31,521 nt of DNA from a virus. Taxonomy: Duplodnaviria > Caudoviricetes. The stretch spans positions 1 to 31,521 of IMG/VR virus record IMGVR_UViG_3300037422_000339. One strand, given 5' to 3'. Positions 1-9,304 of this stretch are shown here, piece by piece (positions within the stretch are counted from its first letter, which is position 1; each line of letters starts with the position of its first letter). Under the pieces are notes generated by a model. That model saw only the letters and a program-made list of their open reading frames with translations, searched no databases and was not told the DNA's origin. Made by a program: the position numbers and the translations under genes.

Positions 1-629
1 TTGTTTCCTGCCAGCAGTTCCAACGAGAACTGGGTGGCGCAAGCTCTCAGCAGGATCTCAGCCTGACTGAACGGATCACCTACGGCAAGATCCTGTTGGG
101 TGATCGGATCCTTCACGGTGCCGAGCGGGTCATTCGTGTGGACGCCCAACACCACCACCATGATCCCTTCGTCGCGAGCGGCTTCGAGCATGTGGTCGAA
201 GCACAGATCGGCGTCCAACACGATCCCACCAGGTGCAAGCACCCCCGTGCCGGTACCGATCGGGACCAACAGGTCCAACAACTGGACGACCGGCGCGAAC
301 TGCTGGACGAGCCCCCCGAGCCCATAAAAGAAGGGTTCCGAGAACGGCCCGAAGAACCCGCTGGCGTTCTGGATCAACGGCCAGTAACGCTCGGCGTCGA
401 GCCCGTCGAGCCCGATCGCCGTCGCAATCGCCAGCGGATTGGCAGGCTGGCCCGGCCCGTACGTGACGGTCAGGACCGTCGCGTCCTCGTCGATCAGCGT
501 CTCGGCAATGCCCCGCGCGATCACCGAGTAGGTGCGGGAAAGCCCAAAGTGCGGCGGCTGGTCGATCAACCCGCGGCTGATCCCGCGGGCCAGCATGGTA
601 CCGGCCATGGCGGAAGGATCGAGGGCCAC
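1..629 (-). CDS. Hypothetical protein, baseplate region (runs off window)
   Basis: Not in ORF track; manual translation from GTG 627-629 (MALDPSAMAGTMLARGISRGLIDQPPHFG...) is open to position 1 and starts 3 nt after the previous stop. Confidence 0.75.
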   Translation of the reverse strand, partial: MALDPSAMAGTMLARGISRGLIDQPPHFGLSRTYSVIARGIAETLIDEDATVLTVTYGPGQPANPLAIATAIGLDGLDAERYWPLIQNASGFFGPFSEPFFYGLGGLVQQFAPVVQLLDLLVPIGTGTGVLAPGGIVLDADLCFDHMLEAARDEGIMVVVLGVHTNDPLGTVKDPITQQDLAVGDPFSQAEILLRACATQFSLELLAGN

Positions 630-632
630 GCG

Positions 633-1016
633 TCACAGAACCGTGATCTTGACGGGCAGCTTGTTGGCGTCCAACTGGATCGAAATGACGCTGCTGAGCC
701 ACCCCAAAGGGCTGGCGAGTTGCTGCTTGACCGCGTCGATCTGCTGTTGGCACCCGGAGAAATCGGGGGCGGGCGGAAGGCTCGGGACCGGCGGCATGGT
801 GCAGCCGGCCGCCGCATAGGCGGCGGCGAACGCGTCGAGCAAATACTGGTGCTGGTCGTTTAGCACCAAGCGGGCCTCAAGCGAAAGATCCGCGGTTCCG
901 CTGAAGTCAGCCTCGAGCCCCCCGACGTTGAAATCGACGCCCAAATACTCGTAAGCCAGCAAGATCGCTTGCATGGCGGCGGCGGAACAGGCGTCAGGGA
1001 TAAACTCACACGACAT
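633..1016 (-). CDS. Hypothetical Cys-containing protein, paralog of 1034-1417
   Basis: 127 aa; MSCEFIPDAC...CTMPPVPSLPPAPDFSGC...PLGWLSSVI aligns end to end with the neighbouring ORF. Confidence 0.85.
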   Translation of the reverse strand: MSCEFIPDACSAAAMQAILLAYEYLGVDFNVGGLEADFSGTADLSLEARLVLNDQHQYLLDAFAAAYAAAGCTMPPVPSLPPAPDFSGCQQQIDAVKQQLASPLGWLSSVISIQLDANKLPVKITVL

Positions 1017-1033
1017 AAGGATTTACCTGTCGG

Positions 1034-1417
1034 TCAGGGGTTGCTGATCTGAATGGGAAGCCCGTTCGTCCCGAACGTCACGTTGATCACCGACGAGAGG
1101 ATTCCGAGCGGGTCGGCACCCTCGGCTGTCAGATCCTCAAGCTGCTCGAGGCAGTCCTCGAAATCGGGGGCGTCGGGGAATTCTGGAAGCGGCGGCAGCG
1201 TGCAGTTCGACTGGACGAACGCTTGAATCATAGCTGCGATAAACCGGGCGTTGAGTGACGCGATTCTTAGGTGCAGGTCTCTAAACCCCGTCAACGTCTT
1301 GTCCATGCCGAGGGTCATACCAGGAAGGCTCAGCGCTTCGACCGAGCAGCCCCGCTTGACGACACAGTTGGCGATCCGGGTGGCTTCGCACGGGGCTGGT
1401 ATGAAGTCACAGGCCAT
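1034..1417 (-). CDS. Hypothetical Cys-containing protein, paralog of 633-1016
   Basis: 127 aa; MACDFIPAPC...CTLPPLPEFPDAPDFEDC...PLGILSSVI; starts 1 nt after spike gene stop. Confidence 0.85.
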   Translation of the reverse strand: MACDFIPAPCEATRIANCVVKRGCSVEALSLPGMTLGMDKTLTGFRDLHLRIASLNARFIAAMIQAFVQSNCTLPPLPEFPDAPDFEDCLEQLEDLTAEGADPLGILSSVINVTFGTNGLPIQISNP

Positions 1418-1418
1418 G

Positions 1419-2357
1419 TTACCCTATCAAAACAGAGGGCACACCGACTATCGGTATGCCGGTTATGTAATCAACCGGGTGGCTAAGTGTCGATACCGCA
1501 AGACCCTGAGATACTGCGGGGCCTACCGACACGGACGGGGCCTTCAACGACGCGAGGGTGGCGCCCTCGAGCGCGAGGGTCTGACCGCGAATGCTGACCT
1601 GCCCGATCGCCACGGCCTCGAGACCACCCGTCGAAGAAAGCCGGTAGCCCCGACAATTGATCGTGTACTTGCCGCGCGCCTTCAGCGTCGCCTCGCCCTC
1701 GACCAGCACGTCTTGCCGGCCCGACACCAACTGCTGGTTGTCGCCCGCGACCGCAACGAAGAGCTTCTGATTGACCTTGACGACGACCGATCCGTTCGGG
1801 TGGATCTCGACGAACGACTTGCTGGGGCCGTGCGTGACGCCGATCCGTTCCTTGCCGGGCGTGTCGTCCAATTCGACCAGGTGCCCGGCGCCTGGCGTCT
1901 TGAACACGAAGTTGTGAGGGTACTCGGGCGGACCGTACGGATCTGAGGGTTCTTGTAGCTGGGCGCTGTCGGCGCCCGACCCCGTAGTGGTGCCGCGAGG
2001 ATCACGGATCTCGTCGACCAGACCGAGCGCTGCCAACGGGATCTGGGACTGCTCGCCGGCCTGCGCCCAACCGGCCCCCACCACGACGGGACGGTTAGCG
2101 TCCTCGGCCTCGAAGACGACGTGGACGAGAGCGTCGAGCGGCGGAACCGCGAATCCACCGGTGTTCTGGCCGGCAACCGGTTGCAAGACGCGCGCCCACG
2201 CCAGATCGTACTGACCGCCAAGCTCGGGAACCCGGACCTTTACGCGGCCGATCTTCCGGGGGTCGTCCCGGTCGGTCACGACCCCCAGGTAGACGCCGGG
2301 GTACCGGCGTCCGGCGCCGGGGCTGTTCGCGCTCGTGTGGGTGCGGGCCTGCGTCAT
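1419..2357 (-). CDS. Baseplate central spike (gpV / T4 gp5 / Vgr OB-fold family)
   Basis: YLGVVTDRDDPRKIGRVKVRVP...WARV...GGFAVPP...VHVVFE...PVVVG OB-fold signature; GHLVELDDTPGKERI and beta-helix-like C-terminus. Confidence 0.93.
   Translation of the reverse strand: MTQARTHTSANSPGAGRRYPGVYLGVVTDRDDPRKIGRVKVRVPELGGQYDLAWARVLQPVAGQNTGGFAVPPLDALVHVVFEAEDANRPVVVGAGWAQAGEQSQIPLAALGLVDEIRDPRGTTTGSGADSAQLQEPSDPYGPPEYPHNFVFKTPGAGHLVELDDTPGKERIGVTHGPSKSFVEIHPNGSVVVKVNQKLFVAVAGDNQQLVSGRQDVLVEGEATLKARGKYTINCRGYRLSSTGGLEAVAIGQVSIRGQTLALEGATLASLKAPSVSVGPAVSQGLAVSTLSHPVDYITGIPIVGVPSVLIG
2172..2185. repeat. Dispersed palindrome, 13/14 match (in spike gene)
   Basis: GGCAACCGGTTGCA. Confidence 0.75.
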
Positions 2358-3595
2358 GGGCCAACCACCGCCGTGCCCTCTTGAGGACTGTCGACCGTCA
2401 CGTCGATCCTACGGCTCGACGGGCCCGCCGGGTTGAAGTGGTCGTCGAGCCGGCCAACGCCCGGCCGCACCACCTCGAACTGCATGTCGTAGCCGCCGGG
2501 GCCGATCCGGTGGGTCACGGCCGTCACGTAGTAGTCGCCGCTCAAGTGGCCGATCCCCACGATCGAGACGATCTGGCGAGCGTGAAGCTGCTCGATACCG
2601 CGGACGTTGCCGGACGCACACACGACCCACTCGGCCGCCCGGTTGAACCCCTGGACTTGTTGGCGAGCTTCCCCCTCGGTCTGCTCGTGGCCTTCGCCCA
2701 TGACGTAGCGGCGCGGCTGTGTCCGGTCCCACGCGAGATCCCGCCCCAACGTGAAGCCTGGTCCCCCGGACTGTCGGATCGACTGGGCGACGGGGTCGAG
2801 TGATCCGTCGGTACGGAACTCCCACTCGGCCCCGGTGGTCCGGTCGATCCCGCTCTTGGTCCAAGCCGCGCCCTTGACCCACGGGTCCGACACGACCTCG
2901 AAACGGCTGAGTAGCCCCGTCTCGCCACCGCCGTAGTAGAGCACCAGATCAGACCGCTCCAGCCGAGGCTGGTGGAAGTGGAGCACACCGTCGCGCACGT
3001 AGAAGTCGTAGCCGTAGAGCAGCGCTCGGTTCTCAAGGAACTCAGCGTCGGTCATGCCCAGTTGGGCCACATGCTCGTGGACAGGGTCGGTCGGCTCAAT
3101 GTCGGACTCGAGCCGATAGGCCCCCGCCACCTTGTCGGCAATGTCGCTGTCGCGCAGGTTCTCGTAGGTGCGGCGTTCTTCCGAGAGCGACAGCGGCCAC
3201 TCTTCGCTGAAGCATTCCAACGTAATGGTCGCGACCGCACGGTTACGAAACGCCCACCGCGGCACCACCGAGTAGTAGAGGCCGCGCCGCACCAACCGGG
3301 TCGCCTGCCAGCCTGTGAAGAACTCGACTTCGAGGCCCCGACCCTGAAGTAGATCGTGGTCGGTGAACCTGAGCCCGCTGTTCTGTAGCACAAGCGCGGC
3401 ACGGCCCATGCCGCGCGCCCGTTCTTCGACGCACAGCTTGACGACGCGGTCGTCCAGCAATTCGTCCCGCAGGTCATGGCCGCCGATCCTGACCATGCGG
3501 GTCGAAGCCGAACGATCGACCGTCCGACCAACCCCCGCTTCAGGGGCGACCGGATCGGGCGCCGGCTGTTCGAGGATCCGGCAGATCTCAGGCAA
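2354..3595 (-). CDS. Baseplate hub / phage late control D (VgrG-like) protein
   Basis: RRTYENLRDSDIADKVA, QLGMTDAEFL..RA..YGYDFYVRDGVLHF, GIGHLSGDYYVTAVTHRI motifs; position before the spike. Confidence 0.9.
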   Translation of the reverse strand: MPEICRILEQPAPDPVAPEAGVGRTVDRSASTRMVRIGGHDLRDELLDDRVVKLCVEERARGMGRAALVLQNSGLRFTDHDLLQGRGLEVEFFTGWQATRLVRRGLYYSVVPRWAFRNRAVATITLECFSEEWPLSLSEERRTYENLRDSDIADKVAGAYRLESDIEPTDPVHEHVAQLGMTDAEFLENRALLYGYDFYVRDGVLHFHQPRLERSDLVLYYGGGETGLLSRFEVVSDPWVKGAAWTKSGIDRTTGAEWEFRTDGSLDPVAQSIRQSGGPGFTLGRDLAWDRTQPRRYVMGEGHEQTEGEARQQVQGFNRAAEWVVCASGNVRGIEQLHARQIVSIVGIGHLSGDYYVTAVTHRIGPGGYDMQFEVVRPGVGRLDDHFNPAGPSSRRIDVTVDSPQEGTAVVGP

Positions 3596-4058
3596 TCAGC
3601 ACCACGTCGGTCAACTGGGCCTCTTCGTACTTGAGCGCCGCGTCGATCGGTGAGCCGCTTTGGCCCACCAGGTCGGTGTCGGCCACGACCACGGTCTCGG
3701 GCCGGAACGCGATCTTGTCGGTCGCGGTCGCGAACGCTTGGTCGAACTCGACCAGGAACAGAATCGAGCCCGGCTGGATCAACGAGCGAAACCGTCGGCC
3801 CGCCGTCGGGACCAGGCAACCGGTTGCCGGATCCAACGCCTGACCGTTGCGGTTCCACGCCCTGAGCGCGACGAGTGCGTGCGGCGCCGTCGATCGGATC
3901 CCGTAGAGCGGGATCAGGTGGTTGCCCGAATACAGCGCGAAGTTGTAGCGGACCAGCGAGTCGCCTTTGAGAAGAAGTTGCCCGTCGGCGATCTCACGGG
4001 CGAGACGGCTGTGCCGCTTGAGCGCGTCGAGCGGCACCAACGGGACGGGCAGGCTCAT
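3588..4058 (-). CDS. Hypothetical protein
   Basis: 156 aa; ATGA overlap with the LysM gene and 8-nt overlap with the hub gene. Confidence 0.75.
   Translation of the reverse strand: MSLPVPLVPLDALKRHSRLAREIADGQLLLKGDSLVRYNFALYSGNHLIPLYGIRSTAPHALVALRAWNRNGQALDPATGCLVPTAGRRFRSLIQPGSILFLVEFDQAFATATDKIAFRPETVVVADTDLVGQSGSPIDAALKYEEAQLTDVVLIA
3815..3828. repeat. Dispersed palindrome, perfect (in CDS 3588-4058)
   Basis: GGCAACCGGTTGCC. Confidence 0.9.
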
Positions 4059-4366
4059 ACGAGCCCCAGATCGGCCAGCACGGCCGGATCCGGCACGATC
4101 AAGACGGTCCCGACCGGAATGTCAAGCGGGAACAGGATCTCGTTGACGTCGGCGATCAACCACCACAACCGCTCGTCCCGGTAGTAGCGCTCGGCCAACG
4201 TGTCCAACTGCTCTTCGCCCTCGACGACGTGCTCGATCGCACGGTCGCTAATGTCCTGGGCGGTGAAGTGGCGGCGCAGCGCCAGCACCTTCCGGCTGCA
4301 CCCGTCGTCAGTCTTGATCCCGGTGTAAGCGACACCCTGGAACCGACTGCCCCGCAGGATCGCCAC
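4055..4366 (-). CDS. LysM / tail-X-like baseplate protein
   Basis: HVVEGEEQLDTLAERYYRDERLWWLIADVNEILFPLDIPVGTVLIVP is the LysM-like signature of contractile-tail baseplates. Confidence 0.9.
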   Translation of the reverse strand: MAILRGSRFQGVAYTGIKTDDGCSRKVLALRRHFTAQDISDRAIEHVVEGEEQLDTLAERYYRDERLWWLIADVNEILFPLDIPVGTVLIVPDPAVLADLGLV

Positions 4367-4368
4367 GG

Positions 4369-5094
4369 CTAGTCCTCGCCGCCCGCTGCCGGCGCCTCTA
4401 CGTACTCGGTCAACTTGATCGACACGTTGGCCCGCGTAATGAAGTTGGACGCCCTTACTCCACGGGCGACGAAGCGACCGTCCGGCGTGATGGTATCGAA
4501 GCTGTTGACCCCCTGGAACACCGTTGTGGCGTCCGCGTTGTTGAGCACGCAGATGAATGGTTGACTTAGACCGAACAACACCATAATGGGTGGTCGGTTA
4601 CGCGCCTCGAGATCCTGTACGTTCAACCACGGGACACGTCGCCGCCTATCGCCGCCAGGACGAGAGATTTCAGCGTCAGACCGACTGCTCAATCGGGAAT
4701 GAAGCCACTGAAGAGAGTCCTCCGTAGAGCGCTGAATCGGAATGTCTGACGGCGGCGCAATGTCATTGAGTAGCATCTCAAACATCACGACCGCCAACTC
4801 AGTACCCTTAAACTCTATCGTTTCGGTACCGCCGTCCACCGCCGTGGTTACCCACTTGGCCGACCGGCTGATCCTGTAGCTCGAGGGATTGAAGTGGAAC
4901 TCAAGGTACTCGTCGGGTCGATCGCGCTCGACCAGGCTGGCCCGAATCGAGAGGCGCGGCGGTGACCCGGCGACCAGACTCCCGTTCGCAGAAACCCCAG
5001 ACGATCCACGCCCTTGACTAGCGAGACCCTCGAAATTACGACCTGACCCAAGAGGATCGTTGGCGCCTCGGTGGAATTCTTGAATGTCCGGCAC
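4369..5094 (-). CDS. Tube initiator (CIS tube protein-like)
   Basis: YLEFHFNPSSYRISRSAKW...IEFKG...PPIMVLFG...RANVSIKLTEY; located between TMP and LysM. Confidence 0.8.
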   Translation of the reverse strand: MPDIQEFHRGANDPLGSGRNFEGLASQGRGSSGVSANGSLVAGSPPRLSIRASLVERDRPDEYLEFHFNPSSYRISRSAKWVTTAVDGGTETIEFKGTELAVVMFEMLLNDIAPPSDIPIQRSTEDSLQWLHSRLSSRSDAEISRPGGDRRRRVPWLNVQDLEARNRPPIMVLFGLSQPFICVLNNADATTVFQGVNSFDTITPDGRFVARGVRASNFITRANVSIKLTEYVEAPAAGGED

Positions 5095-5096
5095 TG

Positions 5097-8000
5097 CTAC
5101 CCAATCCCCGCGAGGCGAATGCCTCGCGATCCGAAGTGCTGGCGGATCTGATCCTCGGTGACGTTAACGATCGCGCGGCCCAGTTCCACGCCCTCGAGCA
5201 TGACCTGAACGGGAATGGTCAAGCTCAAGCTCACGGGGGCGGTATTGGTGGAGGCGGACCCAGGGCTGTTTACACCTGTCGGGGGTGCTGTGGCCCCGCT
5301 AAGCGCCGCCGTAGGTTGGGGCGGCGGACCGAACCTCGATACCAAACGAGGGAGTTGGTCCAGCGGTGCCACCACTTCGCCGGGGTGGACCAGTGCCGGT
5401 GTCGTCGTGGTGGTGATTCCGCCGGCACTCAGAGGAACAAACGGGATACCCAACCAACCGGTGATCTGCCCGCCGATCGCTCGCGCCAGCGCCTCGAATT
5501 CCTGCCAGAGCCCGTCAAAGAACCGACGCGGCCAGTCAATAATTTCGTTGAAGACACCGGCCACGATCGTCCCGAAGTTCTCGAACTTACGCTTGAACCA
5601 GTCGCTCAGGCTTTCGCCGGCCGATTGGATCGACACCATGGTCTTCCAGAACATAACGAACGGCGCCAAGATCTTGTTGATCGCCGACACAACAGGCGCC
5701 ACGACCGTCGCGATCGTGCGGGACAACAGCCGGAATCCACGGACGATCAACTGGACGGTGAAGAGCAACCCCCGGATCGGCAGCAGGATCAGCGTAACAA
5801 AGACGCGTACGACCGCGGCAACACCTTGGACGATTACGCCGAACAGATCGAATTCAGCACCTAGTCCGCCGAACAACTCGCTGAACGTGGCGATCAACGG
5901 CTCGAATGCCGCCTTCAGATCGGCAAAGATAAAACCGATCTCGCTTCCGATCAGAAGCAGATCGTCGAAAGCCGGCCCTAGACCGCGTTCTATCCCTTCG
6001 ACCACCCCACCGAACACCGCCAACGACAAGTTAAGCATGAAACCGAGGAAGTCTAAGATCACAACAAGTGGTTGCACCAACGCCCACACGACACCGCGAA
6101 CGATCGCCAAGAAAACGCTGAGCGCCGAAAATCCCCCTTGAAGACCGAAAAGCGCCGCGCCGAAACGCTGAAACTTCTCGAGCAGCACGTTGATCCCGCC
6201 GATAAAGCGCAGGATAGGCTGAGCCACGTCGAGAAGAGCCGGTTTGATAGCTTCGACCGCTGTTGACAGCGCAGTAGACACAACGCGGAGTACCCCGGCG
6301 ACCAAATTAAGAATGCTGGCGACGGGTGCGAACGCGAAACGCCACGACGCCAACATGATAGAAAGCAGACTGACCTGACCGGTCATTCCTAGAAGCTCAC
6401 CAAACAACGACACGGCCGACCTAACAGGATCAGCCAAACTCATAAAAGCGTCTACAACACCGTTGATCTCGTCCTTGAAAGCCGCAGCGGTGAATGCGAT
6501 CAGTCCGATCCCCGCCGTGACGGCCGCGACAATCGGCGCGATCACACTCGCGAAGCGAAGAACAACCGACAAAGCTGCTGGAATCGAAGTCATGAAGGCT
6601 TCGGCCTGCAACAACAACGTGTCGAGCTTCCCTGCTTGGGGACCCAAAGCGCCACGTACACGGCCAAGAATACTTGCGGCCGAAGGGCCTCCCATTTGCC
6701 CCGCGTCAAAAGCCCCGACCAATCGGCGTTCGCCGGCAGTGTGCCGAGCCCCAGCCATTGGCGTGATCAAACCCCGCTGCACCATCATGACGGTTTGTTC
6801 GATCGTCGATTGGGCCTGAAGAGTTCGCACAAAGTCCAAATAGGTGTTGCGGGCTTCCCTGAACGAACGGCTCAGGAATCCGACCGCCACAACCAACGCG
6901 GTGAATCCCGCGATAGCCGTAGCGGTAGCCCCAACAGCACCAAACAACGCCGCACTCAACCCCAGCACCGCCACGATTCCGAACTTGACGGGGCTGGGCA
7001 GTTCCACCATGAAGTTGATCAGGCGGGTCAACAACTCGAGGATCGGTACAAGGATCGGCTTGAGGGTTTGGCCGAACTCAGCCTTCAAGTTCTGCCAGGC
7101 GCCCGCCAACGTTTGCAGCACCTTCTTGAGCGAACTGCTGGAAACGTCGAACCGCTCTTGAAGATCCCCAGCCGCGCCGGCCGACAGATCAAGCTGCCGC
7201 CGCAACTCAGGGTACTGTTGGATCAGACCGACCAGCACGTCGCGCTGGCGCTTGCCAGTAATCCCGAGACCCGTAAACGCTTCTTGTAGGCGGATCGGGT
7301 CGATTTTGCCTTGTGCGTCAGAGACGCGCGCGAGGATCCCGCCGAACACCGTCTGGAAGGCTTCTAGGCCGCGACCCGACCGAATCATGTCTTGGACGGC
7401 CGTGGTGGATACGCCCGCGGCTTGAGCGTACTGAGCGGTCCGGGCGGCCAGCGCCGAGTAGGTCTGGGCCAGAGCGGTGCCGGCGACCTCAGCGCTCGCG
7501 CCCATGTTCAGGACGGCGGCCGATACGGCTAGAGCTTCCCGTTGGGTCAGGCCAAGCGACCGAGCCGCTTGGCTCGACCGAACCGTCACGTTGGTAATGG
7601 CTCCCTCGGTCGTGACGCCTTCAGCAGCCAGTCGAACAAGAGCGTCTCCGAGGAACCGGGCGTTACCGGCCATGTCCTCGGTGGCGGTGCCGAAGTTGTT
7701 GCTGATCCGAATGAGCGCGCGGGCCGCTTCGTCGGCCGAAAGGTCGTCGGCAACGGCCGCGATCTGACCCGACACCAACGAAAACTGCTCGATAGCGTCA
7801 CGCCCGGCAATACCAGCCCGAGCCACCTCGACGCCGACTTCCCCGAGCGCCGCAGCCGACAACGGCACCGTGCTGGACAATCTCACGAACGACTCGCGCA
7901 ACTCGTCAATGGTGGCGCCGAGGCGCTCGCCACCGACCGTCGAGATCCGGGTCATGACGTCGTCAAGTTCAATCGCCGCGTCAGCCAGTGACGTTACGGC

Positions 8001-8183
8001 ACCGCCCGCCACCGACGACAGCCTCAGGAACGCGTCGCCTAGTTGTTCGATCGAGCCGGCAATCTGCTCGAAGCCGAGCAGATTGATCCGCAGGTCGCGA
8101 ATGTTGGCCTGGAACGCCCGGAAACCGGAAGTGTCGCCCATTTCGGCGAAGAACCGGATTCCTGCCGTGACGACCCCAGCCAT
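5097..8183 (-). CDS. Tail tape measure protein
   Basis: 1028 aa, Ala/Gly/Leu-rich helical; TP901-type core (ELDDVMTRI...AEVAGTAL), amphipathic repeats, C-terminal GGI...ALVHPGEVVAPL. Confidence 0.93.
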   Translation of the reverse strand: MAGVVTAGIRFFAEMGDTSGFRAFQANIRDLRINLLGFEQIAGSIEQLGDAFLRLSSVAGGAVTSLADAAIELDDVMTRISTVGGERLGATIDELRESFVRLSSTVPLSAAALGEVGVEVARAGIAGRDAIEQFSLVSGQIAAVADDLSADEAARALIRISNNFGTATEDMAGNARFLGDALVRLAAEGVTTEGAITNVTVRSSQAARSLGLTQREALAVSAAVLNMGASAEVAGTALAQTYSALAARTAQYAQAAGVSTTAVQDMIRSGRGLEAFQTVFGGILARVSDAQGKIDPIRLQEAFTGLGITGKRQRDVLVGLIQQYPELRRQLDLSAGAAGDLQERFDVSSSSLKKVLQTLAGAWQNLKAEFGQTLKPILVPILELLTRLINFMVELPSPVKFGIVAVLGLSAALFGAVGATATAIAGFTALVVAVGFLSRSFREARNTYLDFVRTLQAQSTIEQTVMMVQRGLITPMAGARHTAGERRLVGAFDAGQMGGPSAASILGRVRGALGPQAGKLDTLLLQAEAFMTSIPAALSVVLRFASVIAPIVAAVTAGIGLIAFTAAAFKDEINGVVDAFMSLADPVRSAVSLFGELLGMTGQVSLLSIMLASWRFAFAPVASILNLVAGVLRVVSTALSTAVEAIKPALLDVAQPILRFIGGINVLLEKFQRFGAALFGLQGGFSALSVFLAIVRGVVWALVQPLVVILDFLGFMLNLSLAVFGGVVEGIERGLGPAFDDLLLIGSEIGFIFADLKAAFEPLIATFSELFGGLGAEFDLFGVIVQGVAAVVRVFVTLILLPIRGLLFTVQLIVRGFRLLSRTIATVVAPVVSAINKILAPFVMFWKTMVSIQSAGESLSDWFKRKFENFGTIVAGVFNEIIDWPRRFFDGLWQEFEALARAIGGQITGWLGIPFVPLSAGGITTTTTPALVHPGEVVAPLDQLPRLVSRFGPPPQPTAALSGATAPPTGVNSPGSASTNTAPVSLSLTIPVQVMLEGVELGRAIVNVTEDQIRQHFGSRGIRLAGIG

Positions 8184-8192
8184 GATCGAGCG

Positions 8193-8420
8193 CTACCTTC
8201 TGCCCCTCATGCTACCCTTCGACTTGCTCAGTTCTGATTGGCGGTTGTCGTTGACGTCTTGGGCCTGCTTGAACAGCCACTCGATCTCGTCGACGGGAAG
8301 TTCTTGAATCTCCGACCATGTGATCGCCCCCTCGAACACCTGCACGACGAACAACCACTTGGACCAGACCGCCTCGGCCCAGTTGGCTAACCCGGGGGTT
8401 CCGGCCGACGGAACAAGAAA
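8193..8420 (-). CDS. Tail chaperone C-terminal extension (GpE'/gpGT-like, -1 frame) or small separate ORF
   Basis: ITWSEIQELPVDEIEWL resembles P2 GpE-type segments; lies in the -1 frame overlapping the chaperone end, just before the TMP; 5' boundary uncertain. Confidence 0.65.
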   Translation of the reverse strand, partial: FLVPSAGTPGLANWAEAVWSKWLFVVQVFEGAITWSEIQELPVDEIEWLFKQAQDVNDNRQSELSKSKGSMRGRR

Positions 8421-9232
8421 CCGAGCAGCGCCACCTGGACCTTGTGGTCGTGGCCGTTCTTGCAGGTCAGATCCGCGTTGGTATCGACACCAGGCATGGC
8501 GGCGGCGAACGCCGGCTGGGCCCAGTCGAGAATATCGAGATCGACCTCGTCCCAGAAGTGTGGGTGGACGCCCTGGGGCCCGACCTTGACGCTCTGGTTG
8601 TCCGGGTCCGACCACGCCAAGCACGTCATGGACATGAGCTTCCACAGGGCTTCGACGGGTCGATCACCAAGAGACGCCACAGCCTTCTGGTGCAGACCCG
8701 TCGGGTAGCGGAACGTCCCGGTCGCCCCCGACTCTTCGTGCCGGATCTGAAAGCAGCGGAAACGAATCTCGTCGCGCTCAACCGGCGTCAGCGTATCGAT
8801 CTGCTGCTTCGTGAGGGTCTGGCCCTTGTGCCACCAGAGCGCGTCGTCGCCCAACAGCGTGACCGGCAGGTCCGCCAGATTGAAGTTGGGGTACTCGGTC
8901 TCGTTGTCGTCCTTGGGACACTTGGGGCACCGCTCCGACAACGTGGTGGTGGGGCCCCGTAGCATGACGGCAGCCTCGCGGATCACCCAGTCGCGATCAG
9001 CCAGCAGCAGCCGCGAGAGCAGCGTGCTGCTCACGTCGGCGCCACCGATCCGGGCGAGACAGAGCCGTAGTGTCGCGTCGAGGATCTCGGCGGTGTTGGG
9101 GTTCTTCTGGCCGGCGAGCACCGCCAGTTCCCGCTGCAACTTCCCTTTGATCTTGTGGATCTCGACGCTGCGGACGACGCGGGCGCCCGGCTCTTCCAAA
9201 CCACACGGCAAATCCAACTGCTTGGACGACAC
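8387..9232 (-). CDS. Tail assembly chaperone / T4 gp26-gp51-like protein with two internal repeats
   Basis: Between tube and TMP; LPCG, LLLADRDW, CPKC, RYPTG, CKNGH; SD-like GAGGGAG upstream. Confidence 0.8.
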   Translation of the reverse strand: MSSKQLDLPCGLEEPGARVVRSVEIHKIKGKLQRELAVLAGQKNPNTAEILDATLRLCLARIGGADVSSTLLSRLLLADRDWVIREAAVMLRGPTTTLSERCPKCPKDDNETEYPNFNLADLPVTLLGDDALWWHKGQTLTKQQIDTLTPVERDEIRFRCFQIRHEESGATGTFRYPTGLHQKAVASLGDRPVEALWKLMSMTCLAWSDPDNQSVKVGPQGVHPHFWDEVDLDILDWAQPAFAAAMPGVDTNADLTCKNGHDHKVQVALLGFLFRRPEPPG

Positions 9233-9304
9233 AGATCACTCTCCCTCGGACTTCTCGCCCGACGGCACAATCCGCCCCAGCGTCTCACTGGGGACGGTTA
9301 CGTG

